Positions 49,663 through 63,402 of a stretch of DNA of 64,000 bases are shown in pieces (within the stretch, counting starts at the first letter, position 1; every line of letters begins with the position of its first letter). Below the pieces are notes generated by a model. The model searched no databases, was not told the origin of the DNA, and worked only from the letters and a program-made list of their open reading frames with translations. The position numbers and the translations under genes were made by a program. Source of the DNA: Klebsormidium nitens (lineage: Eukaryota > Plantae > Klebsormidiophyceae); assembly GCA_000708835.1 (NCBI GenBank), contig DF236986.1:186001-250000 (forward strand). The letters are read 5' to 3'.

Positions 49663-50567
49663 TCATTCTCCACACTTGAAGAACTTTAGAACAGCAGTTC
49701 CTGTATCGGGCCTTGCTGAGTTCGTACAGTGAACTCCCCCGATGATTCTCCACGTCAAACTCACTGAGCTGACAACCTCGATTGGCAGTTTTCTATTGCT
49801 TACGCCTGCAGCCCAGGCCTCAGGACTGCAGGTGATCTCAAACTCTTGACTTATATATCCACGCAGACTTTGCTGTATTTCCAACCTCAAGATCGACTTT
49901 GGATGACTCCAAGCTCCGAAGGACATGCTGAGAGCGCGCGCATGGGCCGCCGTGACGTCAGCTCGTGAAACGAAACCCCAGCCAAGCACTCTCCCAGAAT
50001 GCGGACCGTCCGTCTTTTCGACGATAAAACCCGCACCGGACAGAGGCAACGCTGCGGAGACCTCTATCGAGCACTCAAACCCGCATGTTTCAAGGAACCT
50101 CCAGTCCGAGAAGAGGCGTTTGTACCCCCCCATGTAAGCAAGCTGCAGAGCGCTGAGGTTCTCAAGGGGCACTTCAGGCCACGTGGCTTGGTAAAGCGTT
50201 TTCCAGAGGGATTCTCCGGAGCCGAAGTCATTGAAGCCCGGCGGACGCAGCAGGCACGCGCGAGCGCGCGCGCGAGTGCGCGCGCATCTGGCTGACCGAC
50301 CGTTCCCAACATCAGGTTGAACAAGGTCGAATCGGTGCAGATGGCGGGTTCCTGGGTGACGTCATCATTTCCAGCTGTAGCGTCGGCTTGCAGGTCGCTC
50401 ATGGTTGTGCACTCTAAGATGACGTCAACTTTCTGGTGGTTCGTCTTCTCATGACCTTGCTGAGAAAGCTGTATCAGGTCTCTTTGAAAGGTCTTCTCAT
50501 CTGCAAAAGCAGTAGGGCTCGCAGTTGTTCCATGTTCTTTCATGTTACGAGATGTTATTCTTGTCAC
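49663..50567 (-). pseudogene. Intronless F-box protein copy 1, frameshifted by a 1-nt deletion near 50236
   Basis: The upstream frame ...LFNLMLGTVGQPDARALARALARACCVRR shifts to FNDFGSGESLWKTLYQATWPEVPLENL...GGYKRLFS...LPLSGAGF...WGFVS. The start codon is uncertain. Confidence 0.7.
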
Positions 50568-51998
50568 TACGTTTTCTTATGTTATGTTGCCCCACATGTA
50601 TCCCATAAATCTAGGAAGCCCCCACCAGCCCAGTCTCTTACCCCTCCTAGTCTGAAATAATCAGAGAGCAGCCTTTGCTGTGATAGAGAGATAATTGGTG
50701 CTTTCATCCAGATTCGAGCAGATCAGGTAGTACAACGCAACTACCAGGATTTTCTGCGTCAGAACATCAGCCGAGATTGGGGTATCAAATCTGACCCATG
50801 TCAACACTGACAACAGATGAGTCTCCGCTGTTCAGCACGTATATATGCCGGCAGATGGCGAGAAGAGGCAAAGCCTTTTGAATATTAGAAGCTTCTTTTC
50901 CTGACAGACCCAATCTGCTTTGTGTCAAAAAGATCACAATAACAAGCTTACAAGAATTGCGATCAGTCACAAGTAAACAAAAACCACAGATGTTCTTTCA
51001 AATCACCCTCCTCCATGTTGTCCCGGAAGGCGCTGATGCACGGAGGCGAAGAGTCCTGGCTGTGTGAATGAACCACCGGCATGATGGATGGTTGAAGAAA
51101 CAAGAGTGATGCTCACAGCTTCTCAAGAGCCCTGCCCACCATCCTGCGTTTTTGTCGGCACCGTTGTTTGCGTATCTCTGTGCCGCATCCTTGAAGTTGA
51201 AGACAATCTCTAGAAGTGCCCGCGCGCCGCCGGCCTTTCAGGCGCCGGTGCGACTAAGTGACGTACCCTTCCGGCTGCAAACCCCGCGCCCGGCCGCGGG
51301 CAGCCGCGAGGCGTTACGCGAGGAGATCATGGAGCTCAAGGAACCTACCGTACCGTATGATTGCAAGAGGAGCGTATGACCGTATGATCTGGGTTGCATG
51401 ATTTCTCATTATTCACAAAAGATCGATTTCATTGTGCAACTGTCTTCAGCTTAATTCAGCTGGCATCAGCTAGATAAATAAGCATCAGACGTTGAAGATG
51501 CCTTCCGGTTCCGGATTCTCTGTTGCGAAAAGACGGCTAATGGTTTGCACATACTATCAACGGACGCGAACCTGCATCTTTGAGACTACGTGGAACACAT
51601 GCTAGTTTTATCATACAAGTCAGCGTGGAGAAAGAGGATGTCCGATCCTAGCAATACTAATGCTTCGCACGCATGTGGTCGTCTTGAATCAGGAGTCAGC
51701 AAAGTTTGACAATCATGCCGTATACGTAGTCGATCGCGGCAGAAGGAATACATGTGGTCGAAAGGATCGACCACATGATTGCTTTTTCAAAATAAGGCAA
51801 CTCTTCATTATCTGAGGGAGAGCTAATTTGAACAGGGACTCCCTGAACAGCAAGCTCTTTCCAGGGTCTGCCCGAGGTTCAAGCAGTACGTCGAAAACAG
51901 CTATGCAGCCTTAAGTGCGTCAACGCGAGTCACTCATACACGCGTACCTTTAGTGGATGCTAAACGTATAGGCTGTCTGAATCAATCATAGACGGACG

Positions 51999-52741
51999 TT
52001 ACTTGTTGCAGCCAAGAAATTGAATGACGCAGTCCTTTGCCTTTGACACAGTCTTAAGGACTCCGCCACCCCGAACACGGATCCGCATCTTACTACTTGA
52101 CATGCAGGACATCGTTGAACGCATCCGTTCCTTCTCCAGAGCTTCGGTCCAGTCCTGAAGACTGCACGTCAGCTCATACCGAGCCTCACGGTGCCCTTGA
52201 CGGTGCTGCAGCTTCAGTTTGAAGACCACCGGCGAAGCTTTCACTATGTACAGACCCGCCACTGGGAAAGAGTATCGGTGATCATGGTTCGTCCATTTCG
52301 CACGAAGCCCTTCGTGCTTTTTGGGGTGTTCAAACGCACTCCTGATTTGTGTTTCGGAAACGAATCCCCAGCAAAGCCCCGTTTCTACAGCAGGGTCATC
52401 CTCTTCTTCCACGGTGAACCCCGCCCCGGAAAGCGGTAAGAGAGCCGTTATTTCTTCCGAGCATCCAAAATTTCGCACGCGAAGGAAGTTCTGGCGCTTC
52501 GAGTACATCTTCTTGTAGCCCCCCAAGCGCTCGACAAGACGTGATAGACTATCCAGGGGCACTTCGGGCCACCTTGCTTGGCAGATCGCCTTCCAGACGG
52601 AAGCCTCAGAACCATACTCGTTGAAAATTCGACAGACACAACAGGCGCGCGCGCATCTTGTTTTCCAAGTCGCGAGAAGAGGGGAAGTAAGACTGACTGG
52701 GAGCAGATTGCCAACCCCTGAGCACCAGCGTTGTTACTCAT
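51999..52741 (-). pseudogene. Intronless F-box protein copy 2, frameshifted in a (GC)n run at 52644-52654
   Basis: The upstream frame ...VLLPLFSRLGKQDAR shifts to ACCVCRIFNEYGSEASVWKAICQARWPEVPLDSL...GGYKKMYS...LPLSGAGF...WGFVS; clear paralogue of copy 1. Confidence 0.7.
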
Positions 52742-53650
52742 CCCTAAATCGCTGAAGATGGAGTACTTCTTGGTAAAAACAAAGCTCTGGAGCTCAAGTT
52801 TTAACGCCCGCTTCTCAGTAAACGTCCTGGCCCGAGAGACCTGCAAGATATGTTGGAAACGCGTGTTGGATGCAGCAACTCCCCTGCGCACAAATTTAAC
52901 TTGAAGGTCCAAACGCTGCTCTTTGCGTTCACTAGAAAGTAGGTGTTAGCAAAACCTCTGCTTCCCAACATTATTGAAGAGCAGAATCATCGGCGCTTAT
53001 TGCTTACGTTAAAACATGGTGTCACAGAGAACCTGTCTGGTTAGCAAGTAGACATCTGATACAATCATTGAAGGAAATCTGACCGCAAAAGGCGTCCATA
53101 AAAGAACGGAGTTCTTGACACTTTGAGGAGCTCCTTCCCTGTGACGTTGTGACGTGTATAGCTTTCAAAGCTTCAGAACGATACAAAGACTGACGCAAGA
53201 AACAAGAGATTGCCATCATCCAAGCATCTGATGCTGCATTTCTGGCTTCTAAAGATAATGCTGGTATTATGATGTTGCATCTGGACGGGGAAGGATTGAA
53301 GCTCACTGCATGTGAACAGATTGATCACAGTCGACCTGTGTAGTCTGGTCGACAGAATCATCAGATGCTAAAGAAAGGGGCAACATTGATGTTGATACAG
53401 ACAAGCTGATTGAAGACATTGGTCAGATGCACTCACCTTCTAGAGTCAACGACCACTATCAAGTCCTCTGCACAAGTCGGTGCCGCCGCCCTCGTAGCCT
53501 TCCAGGCTCTTGGAAGCACCTAAGCAGTACTGTATAAATCGTCGCTGGCGGCCGCCATGATTGAACCCTGACCAAAGGCGTGGCGCGGCTCAACGTACCG
53601 CGGCCGGCCGCCACATACTCCAACATCGTCACCGGCCAGGGTTTCACCGG

Positions 53651-53838
53651 ATGAAACTCAAGGAAAATAATAGTAAGCCCAGATAATAGTAAGGTAACCG
53701 CACTGTGACGGGTAGGGTTAGTATGGTGGTTAGGGTGGGTACGGGTGCGGAGCGGGTGTTTCATTTAAGGTTAGGGTTTTTAGTGTTAGTCGGAGCTTAC
53801 TATCTTGGCTTACTATTATCTTTCTTGAGAGTTATCAC
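53651..53838. mobile_element. 188-bp MITE-like element with about 40-bp imperfect inverted ends and a flanking CACCGG direct repeat
   Basis: Left ATGAAACTCAAGGAAAATAATAGTAAGCCCAGATAATAGTAAG; right end reverse complemented GTGATAACTCTCAAGAAAAGATAATAGTAAGCCAAGATAGTAAG. CACCGG at 53645-53650 and 53839-53844. A second copy lies at 18166. Confidence 0.6.
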
Positions 53839-54955
53839 CACCGGGCCCCAGGTTGAGTTTCCGATCGGCTAAACCTCGGCCTCGGGTAACTGCCGCGGCC
53901 GCGCTCGCAGCGTTGGCCTGCCCCGGGCCGCCGCCGGGGAAACCGTTCTCTCTGACTGAGATCAATCTTAGCAGGGTTTGCGCATCATCTTCTTTGATCT
54001 GATCTTAGATCGTGCATATTAGGAAGGACAGCAATTTGAGATCATGGACAGGCTCAAGTTCCTCGATCCAGAATCATTTGCGCGAATCAAGTGCAATTAA
54101 GCTCATGCCTCAGTGAGTGGATAAGCTAGCGGCCACTTATTAAGACAGTACAAGACTAAATAGGACCACGCTAATCATATGCGCAGCAGCAGCTTGGCAG
54201 CTCATGCATGCACATTCGCGCGCAACTATCGTTAAATTTGCATACGGACATACACGATCGTACCGGCCGTATTGCACAAAATATACGCTGTGGCGTCGAT
54301 AATTTGCGAGCTTAATCTCATGACGATCTTTTTGAATTATCGCGACAAATTCAACAATGGTTATACCATATTGTTGGTTTGCTTGGGTGATGGCATGTTG
54401 GCTCCGGCGAACTACCAATCATGAAGCTAGCTATGAATATGCAGTGCCAAATTGATTAAGTCCGAGTACGTTGATAAAGTTGATGATAAATTGCAACAAT
54501 CCTAGCCGCCGCATGGGGGCAACATGACGTCAGGATCATGCAGTGAGTCGCAAAGCTAAGCAACTGAAGTCAGAACGTGGCAGCGTTAGCCAGCCATAGG
54601 ACCGAAGAGGACTGTTAGTGTCACATGACCATGTCCGATCCTGGACAAGCTAGCCTAGAATTTGTCAGGTCAACTGCAGGCCACTCTCTAACAACCTGAG
54701 ACGCGTCAGCTGTCAGAGTCAAGGCAATCGAGGCGGCAGGGCTGCATTGTGAAGACGGCACGCTTTGGGCATTTACTGGGGGTCAATCCTCACCCTAAGC
54801 GGAGCCTTTGCGCACCTCCGCACGGTTAGTTCCTTGTCGATCAGTTTCTAAAGGAGCTGGGGTGCCTCGCAGACTGTGGTTAGTACCTCCCTCACCGTTA
54901 ACCCCAAAATTAGTCACAGTCATTCCCGTTTGCTCAACCGTGTCATCAGTCTACG

Positions 54956-57900
54956 TTAGACCAGGGTCAGTTCGCTCGCGACTAATCTACACCCCGCGTA
55001 CCCCTCAACGCAGGACGTCTCTATCGTGAAAGCCACGTCAACTACACAGCCGTGTGGGAAGAAGCTCCGGAAAATGAGCGGGTCAACGACGCCAAGTGGC
55101 AGTCGTTCGATGCCCTTTCCGGAGCGTTTCCGTCGGAGGAACTTGGTGGTATACGTGGCGGTCTGCTGGTGTCCCCGGGCGCCGATCCGAATACGGATCG
55201 AATCCACCTCGCCTTCCTGCAGTTGAAAACGAAGACTTCATTTGATGAGTCGGCCTCGCTTGAACAGAGGAGTCGAGGGGTGGGAGCCTATCAAATCAAG
55301 GGACTGTGAAAAGACAGCAACGTTGCGCAACGAGCAGGTTATATGGATACTGGAGGCACTTCAAAGCAGATTGGCCAAATTACCGTCAAGGTGCAAACGG
55401 CGACCCGCTTTTGCACCCCAGCCTGACAATATTCTAGATGAAATCGAAGCGGAAGCATATAAGAAGACGAGGAGAAGACGCTACGGTGGGGCACCGTTTG
55501 TTGGGTAGTGCAAAACAACTAGAGCTTGACTCTTTCAGACCCAACAGCGGCTCCAGAACTATCCCAAACACAGGAGCGCCCACCTTTTGGACGACCGTGC
55601 GGCGCCACACGGCCGGCCCCACACGCGGGCTCAGCTGCTGACGCAGCATGACGTCACACCCCTCCAGGAAGTTCTTGAGCTCCGTCGAAGGCTCCCCCAC
55701 GACGGAGAACGTCGGGCGGCCGTGCGCATCGTACGCGTACGAGTCCCCGACGCTGAAGCGCAGCCGCATCTGGTGCTCCTGCACCCGGAGGGGGGTGTCG
55801 CCGAAGTGGATCGTCAGGGAGGGGGGGCCTGCACAAGGCAAAAGTATCCCCCTGTTATGCGTAAATTTGTGAATTTGGGATTCTGGGGAGGTTTGGCACT
55901 GGCACTCCTGCACCCGGAAGGGGTGATCGTCTAAGTGGATCGTCAGGGAGGGGGGGCCTGCAGAAGGCAACATCGCCCCCTGTTGTGAGTCAATTTCTGG
56001 GGGAATCTGCGCTGACGCTCCTGCACCCGGAGGGGGGCGTCGCCGAAGTGGATTGTCAGGAAAGGGGGGCCTGGACAGGGCGAAGTGTCCCCTTGATTGT
56101 AGGTGGATATCATGGGGGGCTTGATACAAGCCAATATAGCTTCCTATCCACCTACAAAGTGGGGGTCCCGCAACAACTGCAGCAGCCAAATGTGAGCCCC
56201 TTCTAGCATTCAGTAGAGGGCCCCACACGTGTCGAGATGCAGTCTCTTGATTTGTGCAAAGCTCAAGTCTCGAAGCAAAAACCGTTGGAGATCACAAATG
56301 GCAACATCGTTTGGCGGACTGCATTAGCCGGCATGCAAGTAGTAGCCCTCTGAAGTTTAGAGCGGTCGAAGATAGAGTCCCAAGTTTCGGAGCAGGTTGC
56401 TTGGTTCGCCGAGGCGTTCCTCAGAAGATGGAGAGCCTACTGGAAGGCGCTCCGGAGTGAATGGAAGGGAAGACCTTACAAGGCTTCTTTCTGTTCTCAA
56501 GCACTGTTTATGTAACAAGCAAATCGCCACAAAGTGAAACAGACGGACAGAACTTGTCGACCACCAATGCAGCAATTTGCTCACCTGCATGATGGACCGA
56601 CTCAACCACGTGCAGCAAGTCCACGTTCACTTCCCGGGGGGCGTACGCGGGCCACACCGGCGACCCTTTTCCCCCCGTTTTCCGCCTGGGGGTCGCCCCG
56701 CTCTCCCCCCGGGTCCACGACGTCGCCACGTCGCTGCTCGACGTTTCGACGTACGGCCCCCGGAGCGTCTCCGCCGGAGAGTAATCGTCGGGGGGCTGTA
56801 ACACGTGCCCGAGCGGTCCCCTCTTCGCGAACTCGCCGCGGTCCCGCCCCGAGCTGCTGACGTCAGCAAGGCCCGTGCTGGCGTCAGCGAAGCCCCCCGG
56901 CGGGCTGTGCCGGGGGGGCGCCCGCATGACGAAGTAGCGGTCGCCGGTCGCGCGGGGGAACCCCCCCTCGGCGAAACCGGGGGAGTTGTTTCCGTGGACA
57001 CCGGGGGACGGCACCGCGCCAGGGGGGTCGTACGAGGAGCGGCGAGGGGGGGGGTACCGTGTGAGCGGGAGGTCGATGGCCATGTGGGCGGAGGAGTAGC
57101 GGCGGGAGGGGCTCTCGAGGGGAATTGCGAGGGGGTCGAAGACGGCGTTTGGGCCGAAGAAGGAGGTCTCGGGGTAGGCACCGGAATCTGTGAGAGAAAA
57201 TGTACAAACGACAAGATTACCAGCTGTCTAAGCACATTTACTCGTACTAGCAAGACGAAAAGAAGGCTTATTTGAAGCTTTGAGAATCTTCGGCCCTGGG
57301 TCTCGCGATTCCGTGGTGGATTTAGGATTTTGCGGATTCAGACAGGGAACACTGCCAGCCAGAAATAGGTGAATCCTCAGCCCTCCAAGAGAGTATTAGT
57401 TTCCGGCTGAAGGTTGAAATGCCTGTAATTCGCATCAGGCAAAAATTGATTCAATGCGCTTTGCGTGGGCAGGCATTATCCTCAAGATAACTCGTAATCG
57501 GAGTAGTTATTTATATCTGCTTTATTTTAGACAAGCTCACCTCGATTCCCCGCCTCCAGGCCTAGCGTAGACGTGCTTGCAGGGCTTGATCCCACAGTAA
57601 CATACGCCTCCTCTGTATACCCACCATACGACTGACTCAACGGATCCAAACTACTCTCCCTCGCAGACTGGAACCCTACAGGCCCGCTGTCAACTGACTC
57701 GCGATGCGCTATGATCAGGCGGTCAGCCTCCCGGTTAGTGCTAACCCTCCCCGTTTTGCTCTTTCCGACCAGTTTCTGGAGCGTGGGAAAGCATATGAAT
57801 TTCCGCTTCGGTTGGAAGTCAGGGGTCGCGGGCGGCTCGGGCTCCTCCAATGGCGACTCGCCATCTGGCACGTCCTCGTCGTCGTACCGGAAGTGGTCCT

Positions 57901-60900
57901 CCCGCGCTAACCCCGGGTTGTCCCGGTAACCCGAGTCGAGCGACCACCGGCGATTCGACCCGTTTGAGTCCGCAACGATCTCCTCGTTCTCCGCTAACGC
58001 CGCCAACCGGTTCGCGGAGTTTCCGCTGCTCATCGACTTTCGCGCGCTCCCGCTACGGGATCCGTGCGACCACCGGCGAAGCACCTCTTCTTCTTCCGGC
58101 AGATCCTGGTTAGCTGCTACACGCGCAACCTCAAGGACCTTCGTGTGATATTCGCCCCCAGTGTCAGCTCCCCCGTTAGTGTGAATATCCTCCCTGGTGT
58201 TACTACCTCTCCCAGTAACACTCCCGTTGGTCTCAAGCACAGTCCTGGTGCGCTCGGCCTCGTCCCCTTTCAGCCGGGCTGCTCCAGAGCTTTTCGCTTG
58301 GGGAGGCGCCGTTCCTTGCAAAGCTGGCCCCCCCTTCTCATACCTGTCCCCCCTCCCCGCATGCCCCTTATTGTCTACACCAACCAATGGCCGCCCGACA
58401 GCTGGCGAGTCGCTGAGATCCGGCCCATGTCCCTCCGGTTCTGCCCAAACGTCAACTGCCGGAACCTGGTTAAGCCAGTTAACCACCTTATCCGCAATCT
58501 CGTTCTCTCCCAAGAACCGGAGCCGCTCCTCCTCCTCCGGTCCCTTCCACTGCGAGTCCGACCCCCCCGTTCGCATACTGCCCCCCTTGGGGGGGCCTTC
58601 CCCCTGCAGATCCTGGCCCCCGTTTTGTGTCGCGCTCCCTTCGGGGGGGATCTCCGAGTGCGGATCTGACCCCCCGGTTTGCGACGGGCTCCTCGCAGCG
58701 TAAGCCACTGGCAGACCGCTGTCCAGCGATGCCCCCCGCTGCAACGCGGGCGCGCTTTTTACCTGTGGAAGTCTATCTTTCGCGAGCCTAATCTCAGTCC
58801 CGTAAGGGGACAGTTGCGGCCCGGGGGGGTCCTTTCCGGGGGTGCTGGGCATTTGGGCCCTTTCTGCTGGGCTGCCCATATGGATCCCGGAGAATGGGCT
58901 TTGCGAGCGAGGGGGATTTTGGGAACCCCCCGGAACGGGACCCCCCCCTGCGAGGCTCAGGGCGGCCAGGCTGCTGATGAGGGCGTCGGTTGGGGGGCGG
59001 CCGTCTTGTGGGGGGGTCTGGGAAGATTTGTCGAGGGCGTGGAGGAAGGCGGCGGTGCTGACGGCCTGAACGGCAGAGACTCCGCCTGCGTGGTTAAGCG
59101 AAACCAAGGCGGTTAGGCGCACACTTGTGAAGGGACAGATGGGCAAAAGCTGATGATCAGCAGGACTGATTGTGGGCTTTTCCAGCTTTTCTCTAAGAAA
59201 ATGGTTGTTGGCAAGTGTGAAATCGAGAAGCTTCGAGCAGAGCATGGAGTGCCCACGTGCACAGATAAACGATCGTCCAGGTCGTCCAAAGTCCTCAAGG
59301 GGTTTGCTTATGGTCCGGCACCGGCAGTATGTGTGCGACTCAGCGACTCAATCTTCGAAGCATGCAAAAGCCCGCAATCCTCAATCATAGGAGCATACAT
59401 ACAAGTAGTAGTGGACTGGTATTCAAAGCCCTGAGCGAGCGCTCTGCAAGCTCTTGCAGAGGCCAGCTACATATCAATCTGGGATGCAAACTTCCGAGCA
59501 TCACAATCAACTTGGGGACAGCACACGGCGTCTTACTTCCAAAAGCCGCTCAAGAAGCACATTCGAGTCCCAGAACTCTAACAACCATCTTCTATCTGTA
59601 AGAACAAAGGATTTGAAACACGCTCTTACCATCGGATGGTGGCTCCTCGCTAGACGGAAGGATGGAGACGGGCGGCGTCCTCTCCCCGCTTCGGGGGGGC
59701 AGCCCGCGCTCGGCGAGCCGCTTTGCATGGCCAGAGGACGAGAGGGGGGAGCTTGCGCTAGAGGACAAGACGGCTGCCAGAGTGGAGGGAGAGAAGATGT
59801 CCGCGAAGTTGGCTTCCTGGAAGTGGGGCGGAATGAAGTGCGAGTCAGGTTCCGCATCGAGCGGAACGTGTTAGAGCTCAGCTGAGGTGTTCCCAGATTC
59901 CTGAGTGCAGAAGAGTGTATAGGTTTGGGTGTTGCGTCGACCGGAAGGTGTGACGATTGGATGGGAAGGGTCACTTGTTGCGTCAAACAAACGTACAAAA
60001 CATGCAGCGATGTAAATGTAGGCGCCACACTTAACGGAGTGTACCTGCATTTACTTGAATCAGAGATGAGAGGCTGGAGACCGAAGCGGTTTCAGGCGAC
60101 GGCAAAACTTCTACGAGTCGAGACAGTCACAAACGTCGCATGCAAGGAACTGGACTTGACTCGTCCTGGTTCGGAATCGTTGGAACGGTCGGAAAAAGAG
60201 GGAGAGCAATGGAGGCACTCAAGTATCGAGGGGAGAACACAGGGAGTAAGACACGGGGAGGGCCTGGGTTTTGGATCCTGACACGCCCCAAAGGCGAAGG
60301 GAGAACGAAGATGACCCGCGGGGCGCAACTGAGAAAGGCGCATGGAAGATGGGGAAAAGCGGAATGCACGGCAAACTTCGACATAACGAGGGAAGGAGGT
60401 GGCTGCTTACCAGAAAGAGCATCGCTGCGCAGTGCTTCAGGATCTCGATGTTCATTCGGCAGTCCTCGAGGCTCCTGTAGAGGTCGAAAACGTCAAGCTT
60501 CGCAAATCGCAGTCGTAGAAGCGGCACTCGGAGTGAACCCGGCTTGACCTTACAAGCTCTCACACACGTTTCTCTCCACTCAGTCCGCACCTAAATCCTG
60601 ATCCTGAATGCCTCTTAGAAACGAATAGAGGCGAAAACTCTTAGCATTGTCAAACCAATCAGAAGCCAGTAGCAGTGCAGCGAGAGCGGGTTGAAGTGAC
60701 TTCTGACCTGTGCTCCTGTTTCCCAAGCCCGCAATACTCGCCCAGCCTCGCCATCTGCAAATTAAAGGGTAAAGCATTTGCGTTTAGCAACCTTGCTGTA
60801 TCGCTCTCTTTTAGTCGTCAATAAGCGAGAAGATTAGGTAGATCAGACACGGGATGTTTGGCCGTAGGTCCTCGATTGATCTGGAGCCTTTCAGGGAAGC

Positions 60901-63402
60901 CTTGTCGAAAAATGTCTCTGACACAACTTAGCAAGGTTTTAGTTTGAAATGACAGGTAATTTCACATCATTAAAAGTGCATTCTTCAGTGGTAAATGAAA
61001 CGAGGTCTGTGTGCACTTCTACTCAGTGCAAATAAGGTAGTTCCAGCCTTGTGACTGGTGCCTCCAGTGGAAATTACTGATTATGGAGCCCAGCGAAGAT
61101 CATTACTCCACTTCGGCAGTCCTTAAGCAGTCCCTTGACCTCCCTATGACCAGCCGCCAACCTGCCAACTACAGGTTGCAAACACCGTAACTGTGGTACA
61201 ACCTACAGCTGTTGAGCGCCAAAAACATAACCCCGCATAACAGCGACCATTCCCACAATCGCATGGCCTGCGATCAAGATGGAAAGTCTGACCATGCTTC
61301 AACCCTTGCTTGAAATAGAACTAACCACTCGCACAGCTCTCCAACAGCTCTCTCTGCGGCCTTTAACCCACAGTAAAGGGGTTAACTGGTGGTGAACTGG
61401 GGGTTTGTGAACTCACAGTAGGCCCTTGACCACTTCTTCAACATCATCGAAATGCTCTGACTTGACCCTCGACTAACTTCTTGATAACCTTCGACTGCCA
61501 CTCAACTAACCCACCTTGAGGTTTCCGGCCCGCATGCCAAACTTGGACCGCAGCAGCGGCAGCGTGTCGATCACTCCGAGCGGCTCGGGAGCGGTCTGGT
61601 TGCACTTTTGAAATGCTTCTCGAATCCGCAGATTGTCAAACTTGACGATGTTGTGGCCGGCCCATACTCGGCCTGGAGGAAGAAAGGTTGAGGAGTGGGT
61701 CAAACTTTAGAGTTGATCTTACTAACCCCTGCGCAGCCTTAAAGAAGATACTGTTATGAACTGGGTTAAAATTCGACGTCGAGGGCACACGGCCTGGGGG
61801 AAGAGAAGGGCAAAATGTTGGTTTCGCGATTTGTGGTTGAGAGTGAAATTGTGAACTATATAATGCTGTGGCCATTCGATTGGTCGTGTGAGGGGGAGAA
61901 TGATTACATGTCACTGCAAAGAATTTAGTGCACTTCGCAAAGCAAAATGGTAACTGTTGGAATGCAAGAAGCTGTGGCCAGCCCCTAAGCCAACTGGGGA
62001 GAGAGACTGTTCCGATGTTGGTTTAGGCGTATTATGACGTGCTTCAGGTAGTAAAGCTGGATATTACCAGTCTACAACACTGGGGCCCAAACTCCGCTCG
62101 ACGGGGGAGTTCAGTGAGATTGGCTCAAGCATCTGTCCATGCTGCCCGTCACCTGATTCAGCGAAGCTGTTAAAATCCTGACAACATCATGGCCCGCCCA
62201 CAAGCAGCCTTTGGAAAAATAGGTCACATGTATCTGGTTTCACAAGACATCATTGAGGGTGAGATTTTGCGCAGAGTGTCAACATCTCAATGTCATGTCA
62301 AAAGTACCACATAGTGGGTGCCTCAGCAAAAGGTTGGGCCAGGTGCACTGTGTGATAACATGCCTTTCAATCAAACATGCCTTTGTTAGGACCAAGGTTT
62401 AGCCACACTCTTAGTTCTGCCTGTCAGACGAACTTGTTCTGCGGTGGGATGGCAAGGAGATTGAAAAGGACACTTTGTGTTGGAAGAGGTGGGGGGCAGG
62501 TTCCAGGAAATTGCTTGTCACACCAAGTACTTGGGGAAGGAGTGCTCAATTACCAGAGGGCACCAAGCTCCCCAATCCGATGGTACTACTCACGAAATCT
62601 TCCAGCACGTGTGTCCAAAAAGGTGAAACGATGAAGACCAACCAGATAAACGAGGTGCACAGCGAAAGGACACCAGAATACCCAATGCTGAATGCTAAGC
62701 GCAAAGCCCCTCCCAGCATGATGGGGGCAGCTTTGCACTCCCTGTCGTAGGCCCCAGCTCCCCAAAGGCAGTGGAAATTCTGGCCTCTTTTCATGATGCC
62801 AGTTGCGCGAGGAAATACAATCTCCGTCAAGCGTGCCAACAAAAGAATTTATAGAAAATGCTTTCTATGGCGTCTCGAGAGTGGGGCGCAAGCACAATTG
62901 TGCTTTTATATTTTGCTGGGACGATGTTGACAAAGAACCTGAAGACAACTTTTACGAGGGCCAAGCGGTTGATGGGCTCCCCTTCGGAGTTTTCATCCAA
63001 TGTCTCCTGACTCCTGATAGTCCCACCTCCTCTGGAACACCAAAAAGTTGACACCTAGAAACTTCCAAGCAGTCACCATAATCAACGAAGACTCAGCTAT
63101 AGGAAGAAAAGAACTATCTTCCCACCGTGTAGAATCCTGTAGATCTGCTCCGCAACCTCCGCAAAACGAGGGGCGCCCTCGCACTTCTCCCCCGTGATCC
63201 CGTTGCAAGCAACACTCTTGGGTGTGATGAGAGTCAAATCCGCTGGCCGTACGAGCGTCGAAAAGGAGAACACCTCGTAGAACCCCTCCGCTGCCAGCAC
63301 GACTGCCGCAAACTCAAGCAGCTCATACTGCTCGCCCTTCTTCGAGGGTATGGTGGTTTCAACGTCCAGAAAAGCGATCTGCAGGGGGGCCTCTCCAGCC
63401 AT
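54956..63402 (-). CDS. NEN: NEN-like (NAC45/86-dependent exonuclease-domain) DEDDh exonuclease, 9 exons, 1128 aa by my model
   Basis: Exons 63402-63126, 61672-61515, 60754-60708, 60474-60411, 59816-59630, 59085-57541, 57187-56585, 55828-55584 and 55216-54956 join in frame (3387 nt). ExoI FLDVETT, ExoII HNIVKFD, ExoIII HRSLED. The C-terminal region (RLRFSVG...DAHGRPTFSVV; AGCRLVASEL) resembles the plant NEN C-terminal domain. Confidence 0.88.
55899..56078 (-). repeat. Two acceptor-side echoes of NEN exon 8
   Basis: cag|GCCCCCCCTCCCTGACGATCCACTT... is repeated at 55899-55975 and 56018-56078. Confidence 0.88.

Noticed and set aside
53020-53650. Coding-like minus-strand fragments with a GTGAGT donor near 53435
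   Set aside because: In-frame stops and no recognisable family; I cannot assign a gene.
57527-59245. 572-aa ORF as a stand-alone gene
   Set aside because: Its splice phases join in frame to the flanking NEN exons; it is exon 6 plus intronic read-through.
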